From Dicyema japonicum (Eukaryota; Animalia; Dicyemida): a stretch of 64,000 nt of DNA. Numbering within the stretch: position 1 is the stretch's first letter; each line of letters opens with the position of its first letter. The stretch is taken from contig RDEW01000011.1 of NCBI GenBank assembly GCA_011109175.1, forward strand, positions 1,298,209 through 1,362,208, given 5' to 3'. Both the position numbers and the translations under genes were made by a program. A model generated the notes under the pieces. That model was not told where the DNA came from. It worked only from the letters and a program-made list of their open reading frames with translations, and made no database searches. Below are positions 12,556 through 25,368 of this stretch, in pieces.

Positions 12556-13129
12556 AAATATAAACTTGACTAAATAATCTATTTTCTATCATAAAATTAG
12601 TTATTTAGAATAAAAATAATTTTTAATTTCATTATTAAAATTTTTATTCTTTATATCTGATGTTCGCGACGGTTTGTCTTGTGAGAAAATGGAAGAGGGT
12701 GGACTTACTTTTAGAACCATTTCCGAAAAAACGTAAAACTTTTGACCACCTGGCAACTCAGTGTGGTAGAATGTTATATAGTGATAACGTGCGAAGACAC
12801 AATGAAGTTTTAAACTGCTTACACCCCTTCATTCGATCTATGTACTTCTCTATTGATAAATGAATAAAAATTCTAAATCTCGCTATTTAGTTTGCCTACT
12901 TAAGAAGTAACTAACCCAGTTTTACACAACCATTCATTCTTCTTATCAATATGAAGATATGTGGAATAAATCAGTGATCAACCGATTCATAGACATTTTC
13001 ACATCAACCCAGAGCATTTTACTACTCTATTTTAACATTAGTTTTTAGTACCTGTTCTTTTGCTCACTGACAATCCTTTCTCTTGACAATTTGATTATCA
13101 GATACTAAACCAAACGCATCCACGATATC

Positions 13130-13410
13130 AGAATATTTGGCATTACACACTTGGCAACAAGTTTATTCAATTTTGGTATACACATGTGTGGATTGTCTCC
13201 CGTTTCCAACCATGCAAATAACCAGGATAAAAAATGCGAAAGTCTCGTGGACAGTAGATTTTTGGACAATTCACCGTCGAAGCATCAGGAGTAATTCGGA
13301 ACAGATCACTAACTCCGCTGAACCCCATTGGATCGCTTATCGCTACGAGGGAAAAATATAAGCGATGAGAAGTTGGATTATTGAGCGCATTTCCTTACAA
13401 ACGTGAGGGG
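13130..13410 (+). mobile_element. Highly decayed CRE-like 3' fragment
   Basis: Remnants VYTCVD and WIIERISL resemble the CRE C-terminus WDVTCTD...WLFERISL. Confidence 0.45.
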
Positions 13411-13519
13411 AAATATTTTTTATAGCGGCCACACTTAATTGAAAAATAAAGATTATTTTATTAAATTAATTTGTTTGGTAAATAATGAGCATAGTTTCAA
13501 AAAAGTTTAAATGTTAGTT

Positions 13520-16500
13520 CATAAACCGTTACGAATCCGTCTCTGTTGTGACTCCACGGCAGTCCTCACTCGTTTCCTCTATTGTTATCATCACAAAAAC
13601 CAATTTTTTTATTATGGTAAACACTACTCTGTGGTCTCCTATATGTTGGTAGCCCCCCAATAAGATTGTCCTGAAATGTCTCCACAAAGGCAGAGTTGAT
13701 CCTAGCATCCTTATTAATGCTCTTCATCAAATCAAAGTAAATATTGGGAATGTTCCTAACAGCAATCAGAAGCATTCGAAAGGCCACATTATTGAAGGTC
13801 AGAAACCCAATGAGTGTAGCCACAGCCTCCACTACGTCACTCTTCGAACTCTTCAGCAACCTTATCGACTTCTCCACCAGTCCCACTGCAATAAATGCGT
13901 TCCCCAGCCCCACGTCGGAATTTAAAATGCTGGAGATCCTCCTAGCTACAGTAAAGCAGAGACCTACCAGTGAGGACAATGGTGTTGCTGCAATCCGAGG
14001 ACAAATTACTAATGAGGACCGATATGCACTTTGATATAAACACTACACGTGGTTCTTCAAATATGAGACAGCTCAGAATTATGCCCTGAAAGGCTGCCTC
14101 TGACTGAACCTGTAAAGTCGGGGATCTCATCAGGTGATGGAACATGGTATTCCTTAATTTCCCGCACATAAAGAGTTTGTACTTTTCCTCATAGGACCCA
14201 AAACAGAAGTTGACAAGAGTGCTTCCAATCTGCAACTTCTCTGTCTGCCATAAGTAACTGATCGTACCCCGGTAGCCTGGCGGAAGAGATTGAGTAGCTC
14301 TTTGTAGATTAGTCTCTTCTGTTTTCCAGGGAGGAATCGGTTGGCTTTGCTGTTATTGAGGTAGAGACAGCTGATCGTATGGGCAGCTATTAACTGGGGT
14401 CATCCATGTTATCACCTTGAGGTCCTGGTCTTCAGACTGGAAAAAGCAGTCGAGGAAACATTGGACATTAGCATTGGTGGAAATTTTGTCTTGGACGGAT
14501 CTGAGGGTCCGATGGGCCAAACCTATGTGACCACGGGATTTACCGAGACAGAGGACTCCGAGGGTGCGAATGATGATCTTCTTCACGGAAAAAGAGATGT
14601 TGGAGTTCATTAGCATCGTGAGGACGTTGAGAGCTTCTGAGTCGCATGTCTTTCTCTGCCAGAAGAAGCACTCGGTTGTAAGGGCGATGATGTTCTTACA
14701 ACCTGCCGTTATGCATGATTTCACCAAAGATTTTAAGTTTTTCCACACTTAATAGCATTTCCGTGATCCGTGATAGTCCTAAGGCTTCCGCTACCATCTT
14801 TCTCTGCAAAACCACGTCGCCCCGCAGCACGGAAAGACATGCTGTGGCCTCCTCCTTCACAGAGAATTTCAAAAACTGCAATTTTTAGCCTCCCCAACCT
14901 GGAAAAGGTTACAAATATCCTCCAAAAATCCGTTTTCTATGTAAATTCTCTGAATTTTCACATTTTTTTCTGCGGTACTCCGAATGGCACGTGATACCGC
15001 AATCTTCAATCCGATCTTATTGACGTTTATCAACTTCTTCAGGATCCTACGGTTACCTCACTCCCAGAGACCTTATAAACTGATCATTAGCAAATTCCAA
15101 CTGCACAGTCGGGTTTTCCGTGCAGACCAGACAGATCGAGTCACAGACGGCGATCCTCAAATGATCTACATACAAAGTAAAACAACTTGACCCCGTCTGA
15201 AGAAACTGGAGATACTGATGAACAATTCCACGACTAAGAAGACTCATCTGGACGACATCACTCCTCTCCGCGACGAGTCCAATGGTATTGAGGGTATTTA
15301 CTAAAACAGCCTCACTTTGACTGTTAAGGAGGCTCACCAAGGGAGAGATGAACTGATCTCGGTCTATAATAAGTAGAAAGGTCACCAATAAGAAATCTAT
15401 CCCCGAGTTGGAAGATGTTGGAGAGAACTTGGGTCGTATTAAGGAGGATTTCCTCGATTTGGTAAGAAAGAAGTGATCTTAAGTATTCCATGAAGATAGG
15501 CTGAGACATTTCCAGGCAGGCATCCCTATTGGTGGAAATATTTTTGAAGATCGAGGAAATCAAGAGGTCGTCTTCGTCAATTTTCCCAAGCAGTTGTTTC
15601 AGGTTTGCGAGGAAATCTGTGTGGTTATTTACCTTACTTGACTTGTGGATAGACTCTGCCGCGTTTTCTATAGAATCGGAGAGGACCTTCATGCATTTGA
15701 GGCTCTTTTTCCGCGTTTCTGGTTCCAAGACAATATCTAGTGGTCACATAATTATACCTCCCAGCTCTCCCAGACATTGAGTCCCTCACAGTCTTCCTCG
15801 ATCAGAAACTTAAGGACCGACGTGTGGAGAGAGAGAATTGCCAGTTTTGCGATAGTGGCCCCGCTGGAGTCACATTCCGTATGCTGGATTCCGTGATTTA
15901 ACAGAAACTTCAGAGAATCCAAAGCTCCGTAAATTGCAGCCACGTGGACAGGTAACTGAGACAGACTTGGTTTAAAGTCAAATAACCTGTTTTTCTCTTC
16001 TTTTAACTGATTTGGACTTATTTTGTTAATAACACGAATAATCGCTGGATGGTTGTAGGCACAAGCGTAGTGTATAGGCAGCCAATCCATGTTGTCCCCA
16101 CATTTGAGGAGTTTGGGGTTTGAAGACACAATTATTTGAAAGATACCAACAGCTCCAACCTTGGCTGCCAAATGGACGGCCATAAAACGCCCTGAAAAAG
16201 AGATTAAAGAATACTTTTGATGTTAAATCCGCAAGAGTTGTTCATTTCTCCACCGGCGTTAATAATACTGAGAAACACGGAGGGTTGGTCGTTGAGAATT
16301 GCGTAGTGGATGAACGAGTACCCATTTTTATCTTTCGTGTTTAAAAAGGAGGTCGAAATGTCTCCCATCAAAGTGACCACAATCGAGGTTGATCCTCGGC
16401 GACATGCAGATCGGAGGCCATCGTGAGGGTTCTTCTATTACAAGACAGCTCACTTTTCGAACACGTGCTCCTTTTGAGCCGTAATGTCTTTTGAAGTACT

Positions 16501-17918
16501 CGTGGACCTGAGACTCCGATTGTTTATAGTTTGTCCAGATCATCTTCTGTGTGTTTTCAGCGATTTCAGCGAACCACGTGGGTGACTTTACGATCTGGTT
16601 TTTAAACGGTTCGACCTCAACGGGAACAACGTAATATCCTAATTACTCAAAAATGTACGATTTTCCGTTGATTTCAACGGTTTTGACGGAATTGTCCAGA
16701 TTCACGAATTCCAGAATGGCCGGTTTCTGTCGAACTTTTCACAGTCAATCTCAAAGGCGATCCCTTAATATAAATCCCAAGTATACCTCCGTGTAAGTAA
16801 AAGTTTTCGTGTTTTTTAAACCCTAAAAAGTCCCGATTGCAAATCAGGGGTGGAATCTCAGTCTCATCGTGGACACTACCGGCGATCAGTGACTGGAGAG
16901 AGTAAATATTAGGAATCTAGAGTTTTTCTTCAAATGACGAGCAGATCGATTACAAACGACATAAACTTGATTAAATAAACATAATATTTAATATTGCCCT
17001 GCCAACTCACTTATATTAATACCTTCAAACAAAGGTTGTTCTTTAACACATTCTTGTATTCCTGCATAAGAGTTGAGATCACGTGGATGTCTTCAGCAGG
17101 GACAAATTCAGTGTTGGCCAGTATTATGCTATCAATGTCCCAGTTTGACTCAAACATGAACATGTTCCCGTATTTTACGATCTCTGAGACTCTGAAGTAA
17201 AGCCTTAGCTGGAGGGCCTCTTTGTATTTGTCCAAAACCATCTGTTCCTCATTAGAAGATGGATCTCTGAGAAATTTAAACTTGTCGGAAGTCATCATCT
17301 CTTCGTGGATGTCAATCATGCTTCTATAAGACAGTAATTCTTACCCCCAGCGTAGAATTCGCTGACAAAGTCCCGTTTTGTTTGAATCTCTCCATTTTCG
17401 TCAACGTCCAATTTTTTACGCCAAACGTCCGAAAACTTCATTCGTTTCTCCTTAGGGAACCACGTGCCAGCACATAACGCCTTGACCATGTAATCGACCT
17501 CAGTGAGTATTTCCGCGACTCTGGTTTTCCTATAAGCCGGAGATATGCTACACTCACAGCTCATGTCGACATTTTTTTCAAGCTTGATTTGGGGTATTTC
17601 ACTGAAACAGTAGATTCCAATAGTTAGATCTTTTATTATTTGGTGGAACTCCTCCATTGGGATATTTTCGAAGTCATCCATGGGTACCAGAATATAAAAT
17701 CTAGGACTTGGAATACTGGAGATACAAATCATCAACATTGGCTCCAAATTTAAGAGAATCCTTTATGGAGAGTCAATCAGGGAGTTATAAGAAGTATTTG
17801 TAATTTTCTATCTATGTGAAATCTGTTTATGAGTTCGATGGTTTCATATCTTATGTCAAAAGTGTAGTCACCTTGTTAATTTATCGTAAAAATCTCTGGA
17901 AATTTGATTTTTGGCCAT
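13520..17918 (-). CDS. ANKAR: Ankyrin and armadillo repeat-containing protein
   Basis: N-terminal IGIYCFSEIPQIKLE...PAYRKTRVAEIL..VDYMVKAL...PKEKR matches ANKAR; ankyrin repeats (WLPIHYAC, LPVHVAAIYGALDSL); ARM repeats; C-terminal FLTFNNVAFRMLL...DARINSAF...GLPT; many ~21-25-nt introns (e.g. 15737-15757); several 1-nt frameshifts; ends approximate. Confidence 0.88.
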
Positions 17919-18239
17919 CGTTTCTATGACAACAGTGATTTATTTGACTTTTGCCACATAACATAAAATTAAAAATTTAAACAAAATTGACCGCGTTAAG
18001 TTTTATAATTTTAACATTTTAAATAATATGTTTAATAATTAATAGAATGATAAATTATAAAAATGAAAGTTAACATATCATTGTTGGTTGAGTGAAGTGG
18101 ACACCTCTCTAATAATGTGAGAAAAAATAAACCTTCTGAAATGTCTAACAGATCTATGGAAAATTGGACATCATCAGGTAGTTATAGGCTGATTAGCCTA
18201 ATCTGTTCAACATCGAAAATTATGGATAAATAGTTTTTA

Positions 18240-18870
18240 ATCGGTAGTCAAATTTTGTTGAAGAAAACAACTTCCTCGCTGATAATCAATGAGGATTCCG
18301 TCAGAATAAGGGAACAAGGAACTGTCTCATGGAACTGAGGAAATCAATCCAAAATTCTGCATATAAAAAGTAATTTCTTACTACAGTTTGCCTGGATATG
18401 TCTAAGGCATTCGACAGTGTTTGGCACCTTGACTTCTTGATATGTTGTCGAAGACAAACAATGGGAAAGCGGCACTTTTGTGGATAGATAACTTTCTTAC
18501 GTGTCGAAGATCTTACTTCCAAAAAGATAGTTAAGAAGGGAAGTTACAAAAGGTTCTATTCTCAGCCCACTTCTCTTTAATTGTGTAATGATTGAAGTGT
18601 CGAAAACAGAGAACGCTGATACCCAGATTCTTGTTTATGCTGACGACATACTTGTTCAAGAAAAATTAAAATATCTTGGAGTGTCCATCGATTGATGAAG
18701 ATCCTTCAAAGATCATGTCAGATACCAAGAGAAAAAGCGACGGGGATGCTTAAATAATTAAATTTTATCTGAATCGGAGACCTTCCTTTAAATACTTTGC
18801 ATGCATTGAACCATTCTTGAGATATGCCACAAAACGTATAAAAGGATGAAATATTTGGATTTGATGGAGA
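18240..18870 (+). mobile_element. Decayed LINE RT fragment
   Basis: GFRQNKGTRN, CLDMSKAFDSVWH, GSILSPLLFN and VYADDI remnants. Confidence 0.75.
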
Positions 18871-19344
18871 ATCCAGTCTAAGTAAAGAAATATTTTAGAC
18901 AGAAAAGAAAATAATGAAATTGCAACATGTTGCGTTGAAAGGGCAATAAAAAAGTTAAAAGTTTTAATGAAAAAACAGAAATTTTAAAAACACTAATCTG
19001 AAAAACTATGATTATGAGCTATAACAAATAGTTGACATTTTGTTGTTTTAATGATGAAGAGAGAAAACGGATTCATTTCTCTACAATATCAGACGAAGGC
19101 TTGCTTCGAATAGATGTGAGTCCTGCAAAGGACTCTGGTTGAGGCAGAGGCTCGAAATGGCGTTTGTCAGTGAGATCGCCTACGCAATCCTGACCTTGTA
19201 TCTAAAAATCTTTACTTTTTTTTTTCAAAAAAATAATATTTCTTTTTTTAATTAAAAAATTTAATTGATATATTTTTAAATGCTATAATTTAATTTAACT
19301 GCTATAAAAATTTCCCTACTAATTACCATTTTTAATTGCTAAAT

Positions 19345-19655
19345 GTAACGTCTGATGACATCGGATCTGAAGGTCGTGGGTTCAAATCCGAAAGATGGAG
19401 TTTTCAGCGAAGGTCAATTCTTGTCAAACAGATCCCACCCGTGAGGCGACGAGTCCTTCTGGCACGGCACAGTTGTTAAAAGGGATTTTCCTACCTTTCT
19501 CCTGACCAAACCCTCTGATGAAGATTGCATTATGAAAACTATTCCGCTAAAGAATGAAGTGATGTTCTCCCTTTGGTTCCTTCCTTGGATTAGTTAGTTA
19601 TGACTGTTTGTGCTGGGCTTACAATGGTAAGTCTGGGGTTAATAATAATAATTGC
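19345..19655 (+). mobile_element. Putative tRNA-derived SINE
   Basis: B-box GGTTCAAATCC near 19379; (AAT)n tail near 19640-19651. Confidence 0.45.
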
Positions 19656-20673
19656 TAAATCGTGGTTATTATTCCTTGAATTTAATTAAATCAAATTTTA
19701 ATATCAGATTTATGTGGTTAAGTAAATTTAACAAAAATGAAAATTAACAGTACAATACCATTATTGGCTATAAACTTAATTGAATAAAATTTAAAAAAAC
19801 ATTAGTCAATTTATTCTAAATTTTAAATTAAAACCATTTAAAAACTGCTCAATGCGGCTCCTGAAGACTTTTGTTTATTTTCATTTTTAAATTACTTATC
19901 CTGTCCCCATATTTTTTACAACTTTGTCGTAAAATAAAAAAGAGGAAATTCAATTTTTATCAACGTTAATAGAATTGTGATGCCTACGATTTTAAAAAAA
20001 TATAATATTGAAAGGCGTTGCCATTCATAAATGACAGATACCTCAGCGACTTATTTAAACTTTCATCTACCAATATGATGGTTTGCTTAAATCAGTTCCA
20101 CAAGTTAGTTAAAATAGAAATGAATTCATCTCCGGACAATAATCCCGTGGCTCTGTTAGGTGATCATACTTTAAGAGTCTTCTTTATATTACAACAAAAC
20201 AAATCGATCTCAGAATTTTATTGATCTTGAAATTTGATTTAATTCATGATTAGGATTAACTCATTTACTTTTTCTCATCACCTAAAATATCTTGTTTTCT
20301 CAAAATGTCGAGTCTTAGGCAGATCAGCTATCTTTATGGCAATTATAGAAACCACACATGACGTAGTTAAATATACTTTTTTATTTTTTTATTTAACACC
20401 CAAGACCACGGTAAAACCAAACTAATTATCACGTGATCCCGATGCGTTCCACCAAAATCCTCATCCTTTCCCGGTGCTTCTCTCTCGTGCCCACACAAGC
20501 TCACTGGGCGGCTGACTGTATTTGTAGGGTAAAATATCTTAACCTGATTATTGCTTAACGGTTAAATATACTTAACGAGTGAGATGTTTTATTACGAAAA
20601 AGAATATTTTTATTAATAATAAAATATTAATAAAATAAACTTTTTAATTTAAATAATTAAAATTAATTGTCAT

Positions 20674-22133
20674 ATGGACGAGGAAATCCGACTACTGCAA
20701 AGTCAGTCATTAAACCAAAGATATGAGAATCCAACAAGAACCTCGTTAGTTTTACCAAAGTCAGTTTAGGGACATGAGAATATTCTTAAACATGGTCAAG
20801 TCTATGATTGGATCTGGTATAATGGCTGCTCCCTACATGGCCAATAGAGCAGGAATAGCCGTATTTTGTGTGTTTGATTAATTAGATTGCCATGCCAGTC
20901 GTAGCTCTGTTGTGCATTATAAATTCTTACCAGGTAAAAACGCTCATATATTGTTATTCCACGTTTGTCAAAAATTGGGTTGTTCCCATCTTGAATTGGG
21001 GGATTTGGTCTATTTTTCATTCCAGAATTCAAAGTCTCCTTTTAAGTCCTTTGGAAGTTTTGCGAGATTGGCAACTAATTCTATAATATTTTTGTTCCAA
21101 ATTGGCTCAAATTCAGTTTATATCATTTTTATTGGGTCCACCATCAGTCAGGTAGTCCTTAATATTATTATAGATTATTAACCAATTTCACCCCAATGGT
21201 TTATCCCTCAATGTTTACTTTATTTCGTCACTTGTTTTCTCATGGTCTTCATTTTTATCCACAAATTGGAATTTCTCTCTTATTTCTCCCTTTTCGCTAA
21301 TATTTGCTCATTAATCGGCATTATCCTCGTCTTTTATTTCTCCAGTGTTGGTATTAGTGAGTTTGCCACACTCAAACTTGTCGGGGACTTTAGAGGATTT
21401 GCCATTTTTACCGGAGCGGCGGTTTACGCGATCGAAGGAATAACGTTGGTCCTCCCTTTATATTCTGACATGGAAAGGAAACACTATTTCATGGGAATAT
21501 ACAATTTATGTATCTCCCTTCAGGTCATTGTCACGTGGGGACTTCAAATTCTGGGGACTATGAGATTTGGGGATCAATTGTGCGGCCTTATAGCTTTGAA
21601 CCTCCCCTTAACTGACACGTAACCCTTGTTTTCTCATTTTTAGTCTATCGCTGTCTACACGTGCTATGTTTATGTGCAGTGTGTTCGTTTCCTATGGACT
21701 GCAGTTTTATATTTTGATAAGATTGGTTATTGTGGAGATGTACCGATCTCCCTTTTGGATGGGAGTGATAACACGTGTTGGAGACTACAAGTTTGAGACT
21801 TTGGTCCGTCTTTTGGTGATGTTGATAGCACGTTGTTGATGGGTTATTTTAGTGGGGACTTCAATCGGGATACCATACCTTTCGATGATGATGTCTGTGT
21901 TTGGAGCATTCTGTGGGATCTCTTTGGGGTTGATTCTACCGGCCATTATCGAGTTGATGACTTTTCACGGGGAATATGAACATTTTGGGATTTTCAGGTG
22001 GAAAGCTGTGCTGAACTATGTGGTCATCATTGGAGGGGTTGTTATTACTGTTATGGCTTTGTACGCTTCAACTTTAGAGTTGCTCGAAGCCTTTCATGGT
22101 CATCCCCCAACTCCTGACTCATGTAGAAGCTAA
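20674..22133 (+). CDS. Proton-coupled amino acid transporter (SLC36/PAT family)
   Basis: FLNMVKSMIGSGIMAAP, FSLFANI, FTGAAVYAIEGITLVLPL, GAFCGISLGLILPAIIEL; micro-introns; at least two homopolymer frameshifts. Confidence 0.85.
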
Positions 22134-22549
22134 AATGTTTTTGCTTTTTTAAATAAATCTTATTAAATCTTTATAATTTATAAGTGAAATGGTTAACACT
22201 AAATTTTAAGTAGCAGTAAATATCATGCTAAGACCAAACAGTGGGATGAATGCTCTTTTCGGTGTCTTCATTGGCATTTCTTAGTCTAACTTGTAGTTAT
22301 TTGATACAATTATCTCTTAACCTCTGAGTATTGATAGGAAACTGTGGTTAATTAAAATGATAATTATATTTTTATTAAGAGACTCATGACGATTTTTGAT
22401 GTTGTGGTGGAAACTATTTAAAGAGGAGCCCACATTTTTATAATTGTAAGAGATATCTAAGTCATGATAAAATACAATTTGTTCAGCTTTATTATTATGA
22501 AATAGGTTTCTTCTGCCTACTTTATTAATTGACCGATATTCATTAGTAC

Positions 22550-22826
22550 ATTTTTATTCACCCCCGGTCCCTTCGAGTGAAAGAAACCGCTGACAAAAAC
22601 GTTGCAGCCAAGAGCTGACAGTCCCAGAGATCCGACAGGTATGTTTGGTCCTGTAGAGAACTAGGAGGTGGACCCACTCCATTTTTATTTAACAACATCT
22701 CGAGTTTCCAGTTGAGGTATACCATCAAGGCATACGAGGAGTCTGGATGGGGAAGAGAAAATGGTTCTTTTTGGTGTTATTCGAAACTAAGCGCCACCAC
22801 AAAAGGTGAACCACATGACGCCACTC
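22550..22826 (-). mobile_element. Short non-autonomous element carrying the LINE-type 5' motif
   Basis: 5' gagtggcgtcatgtggttcacc is shared with 44678-44699 and 55854-55870; its 3' part is homologous to 61590-61735 and ends in an A-rich tail. Confidence 0.6.
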
Positions 22827-22929
22827 TAACATTTTTTTATGAAAGCGTCGTTAAAATTTAAAACTATCAATCATTTTTATTTTAATAAAAAATAATAATT
22901 AACATTTTCAAGTCAACTTATCCATCTGG

Positions 22930-23870
22930 ACAGAATTATTCAATTATTTTTGAAGATCAACGTCTCATTTTTGGGCAACAGTTTAGAAGATGTAGAAGAA
23001 AATATCTTCAATACTTGTAGCTAATATCAACAATAATTGGATCGCAAAATATTTTATCTTACAGATAATCGATGAGTTAGCATCATCATCTTCCCGAAGA
23101 TAACACCCTCAAACAATGCAAGAGAATATCAGATTCTACAAAGGACTTAGTAACTATTTCACTCAAAGAGTCACTAGATAAGAAAATATTTATACCAATT
23201 GGCAACAAATTATGTTAACTTTATTTCTTAAAAGAGTGATTAAGCAATTGGATTTGTGACTTATGCTGTTACTACTAGAATTCCTTAAGAAACAAAGTGA
23301 CTTCATCAGAGCTGTCTACCAACAGCTCTGGGATGAATCGACTGAAAGACATAAAACCGTTAAAACATTTCAACAGGGAAATATTAAAGCGACCAATATT
23401 CGGAGATCCTGCTCCCCTCTTGAGAGCTGTCGGTTGTTCTGAGACTATTCTCCTTTTGTCTAATCGTCAATTACTCTCCAAATTGAGTCTTCAGCTCCGA
23501 CACATGTTTACAGCCGAGCATTTAATATGAGATTGAGACTATTAGATAGATAGCATCACCTATTGAGATTCGAGGTAACAGAAATGATACATTTTTCACC
23601 ACAAAAAAAAACACAATATTTATTGCACCGCGATCGGTTAGAAAAAATAATGTCTTCAGCAAGTGATCCTAAAACTACAAGTAAGAGGTCGAATCTCGAA
23701 CCTCTCTCCATAACGAGATCGGAATCTTCTAGTTGTTTTTTGATTTGATAAGGGTTTTGTAAAGGAGGCTGATTGGTAGATTAACAGCCCTCTCAAATTT
23801 TCATAGTTGGTCGAGTAGAAGTGCTCTAAAGGCCATAGACTCGGAATTAGGACCTACGACTCCATTGGTA
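22930..23870 (-). CDS. Possible unidentified gene divergent from PHKG
   Basis: Coding-like segments (QNPYQIKKQLEDSDLVMERGSRFDLLLVVLGSLAEDIIFS; FSRFIPELLVDSSDEVTLFLKEF) separated by candidate short GT-AG introns; no family recognised. Confidence 0.3.
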
Positions 23871-24024
23871 TATTCATTGATTGAAATTGCGCAGAAAAAT
23901 ATTTATTGATGTAACATATTAAATTGAGTCACTATGAAATTAAATATTTTAATAATAATTTAGAATTTAAATAATTTAGATATTGTACAAATGCATTTCT
24001 TGTAGTCAGTTATTTTATGGGAAT

Positions 24025-25368
24025 ATGGGAATGAATAATGATATCAAGACTGATCTGCCAATTATCTCTAATGTCAAAGAAGCCAAGACTTTCCACTCAA
24101 AGTATGAGATTAAGAACGTCCTGGGATAGTCTGTTTATATTTAACCTCAACAGCGGTGCCAGCAGCAGTGTGATCCGAGTTATCGAACGTCAAAATGGGG
24201 TGCAATTCGCAGCCAAGATCATCGATCTTAATATCGCACGTGACAGTGAAGAAGAGACTGAATTTTACCGCAAAGCCGCATTTTCCGAGATAAATTTGCT
24301 CAAAAAATGCAAGGGAGTCCCTGAAATCAGTATATCAGCCACATGACTTTTAGTTCAACTCCACGACTTTTTCGAGTCAGAGACCTACGCCTTTCTGGTT
24401 CTACAGCTGTAATTTTACTGCAAAAATTAGTTTTTAGGTGTCCCGGTGGGGAGCTCTTTGATCTTCAGACGAAGCACGTGACCTTTTCCGAAAAGAAAAC
24501 CAGGTTGATTTTATTCTGGAAAAAATAGGGGTTTTATGGAACAGATACTCAGAGGAGTTGAGTTTCTCCACTCTATCGACATCGTCCACCTGGACCTCAA
24601 ACTCGAAAACATTCTCTTAACTGCGGACCTCAAAATTGTCATTTCTGACTTTGGATTTGCCCAGATTCTAAGAAAACACGAAAAGATTTACAAAATCTGT
24701 GGAACTGTTCTATACATGGCACCGGAATTAGTCCGCTGTTCGACAGATCAAGATACTCCGGGATATGGCCGAGAGGTCGACGTCTGGGCCTGTGGGATCA
24801 TTTGTTTCACACTGTATTTGCCTATCTAGAATTATAGATTGTTTGGACAGGCTCCGTTCACTACGGAAGCGAGAAGCATGGAGACTCCACCGAAACGAAC
24901 CAGGCGGTACCGGCAAAACCCACAAATCAACATAATCGGAGGATTCTTGATGTGGATTACGAGTTTCCGTCGCATTCCGGAGTCAGTGAGACAGCTTGTG
25001 ACTTTGTACATGAAATCCATGAATTTAGATTCGAAGACTGTTGGAGGGTGATCCCAGTAAGCGAACAGTAGCCACAAATGCTTTGGCCCATCCCTTTATA
25101 TCGACGAAATGCGTTGTAAATCATCACATTTCGTGTTTTAAAGTATTGTCGTTTTTAACAGTAGAAATGCGGGATTGTGGTGGTAGCTGTTAATAGGTTT
25201 CGTAGTTTCCTGTCAATGAGGACGACACATTCATGTCTGACTGATGACCCCTATGGGACTAGATTACTGAGGGGAATCATCAATAATGCTTCTTCGGTGG
25301 TGTACCGGCATTGGGTTAAGATTGGGGACGAACAGAGTCCTGCTACTCTGTTTAGTAATACTCATTGA
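24025..25368 (+). CDS. PHKG: Phosphorylase kinase gamma catalytic subunit
   Basis: Kinase motifs FAAKII, HLDLKLEN, SDFGFA, CGTVLYMAPE, GYGREVDVWACG; PHKG-type tail DDPYGTRLLRGIINNASSVVYRHWVKIGDEQSPATLF; about 7 micro-introns; one or more frameshifts. Confidence 0.85.

Noticed and set aside
14564-15780. Plus-strand ORFs opposite ANKAR, and similar antisense ORFs over TEs
   Set aside because: Shadows of the real coding strand, with no independent motifs
19505-19545. Hammerhead ribozyme (CTGATGA...GAAA) in the SINE candidate
   Set aside because: I could not find a convincing stem II or flanking stems
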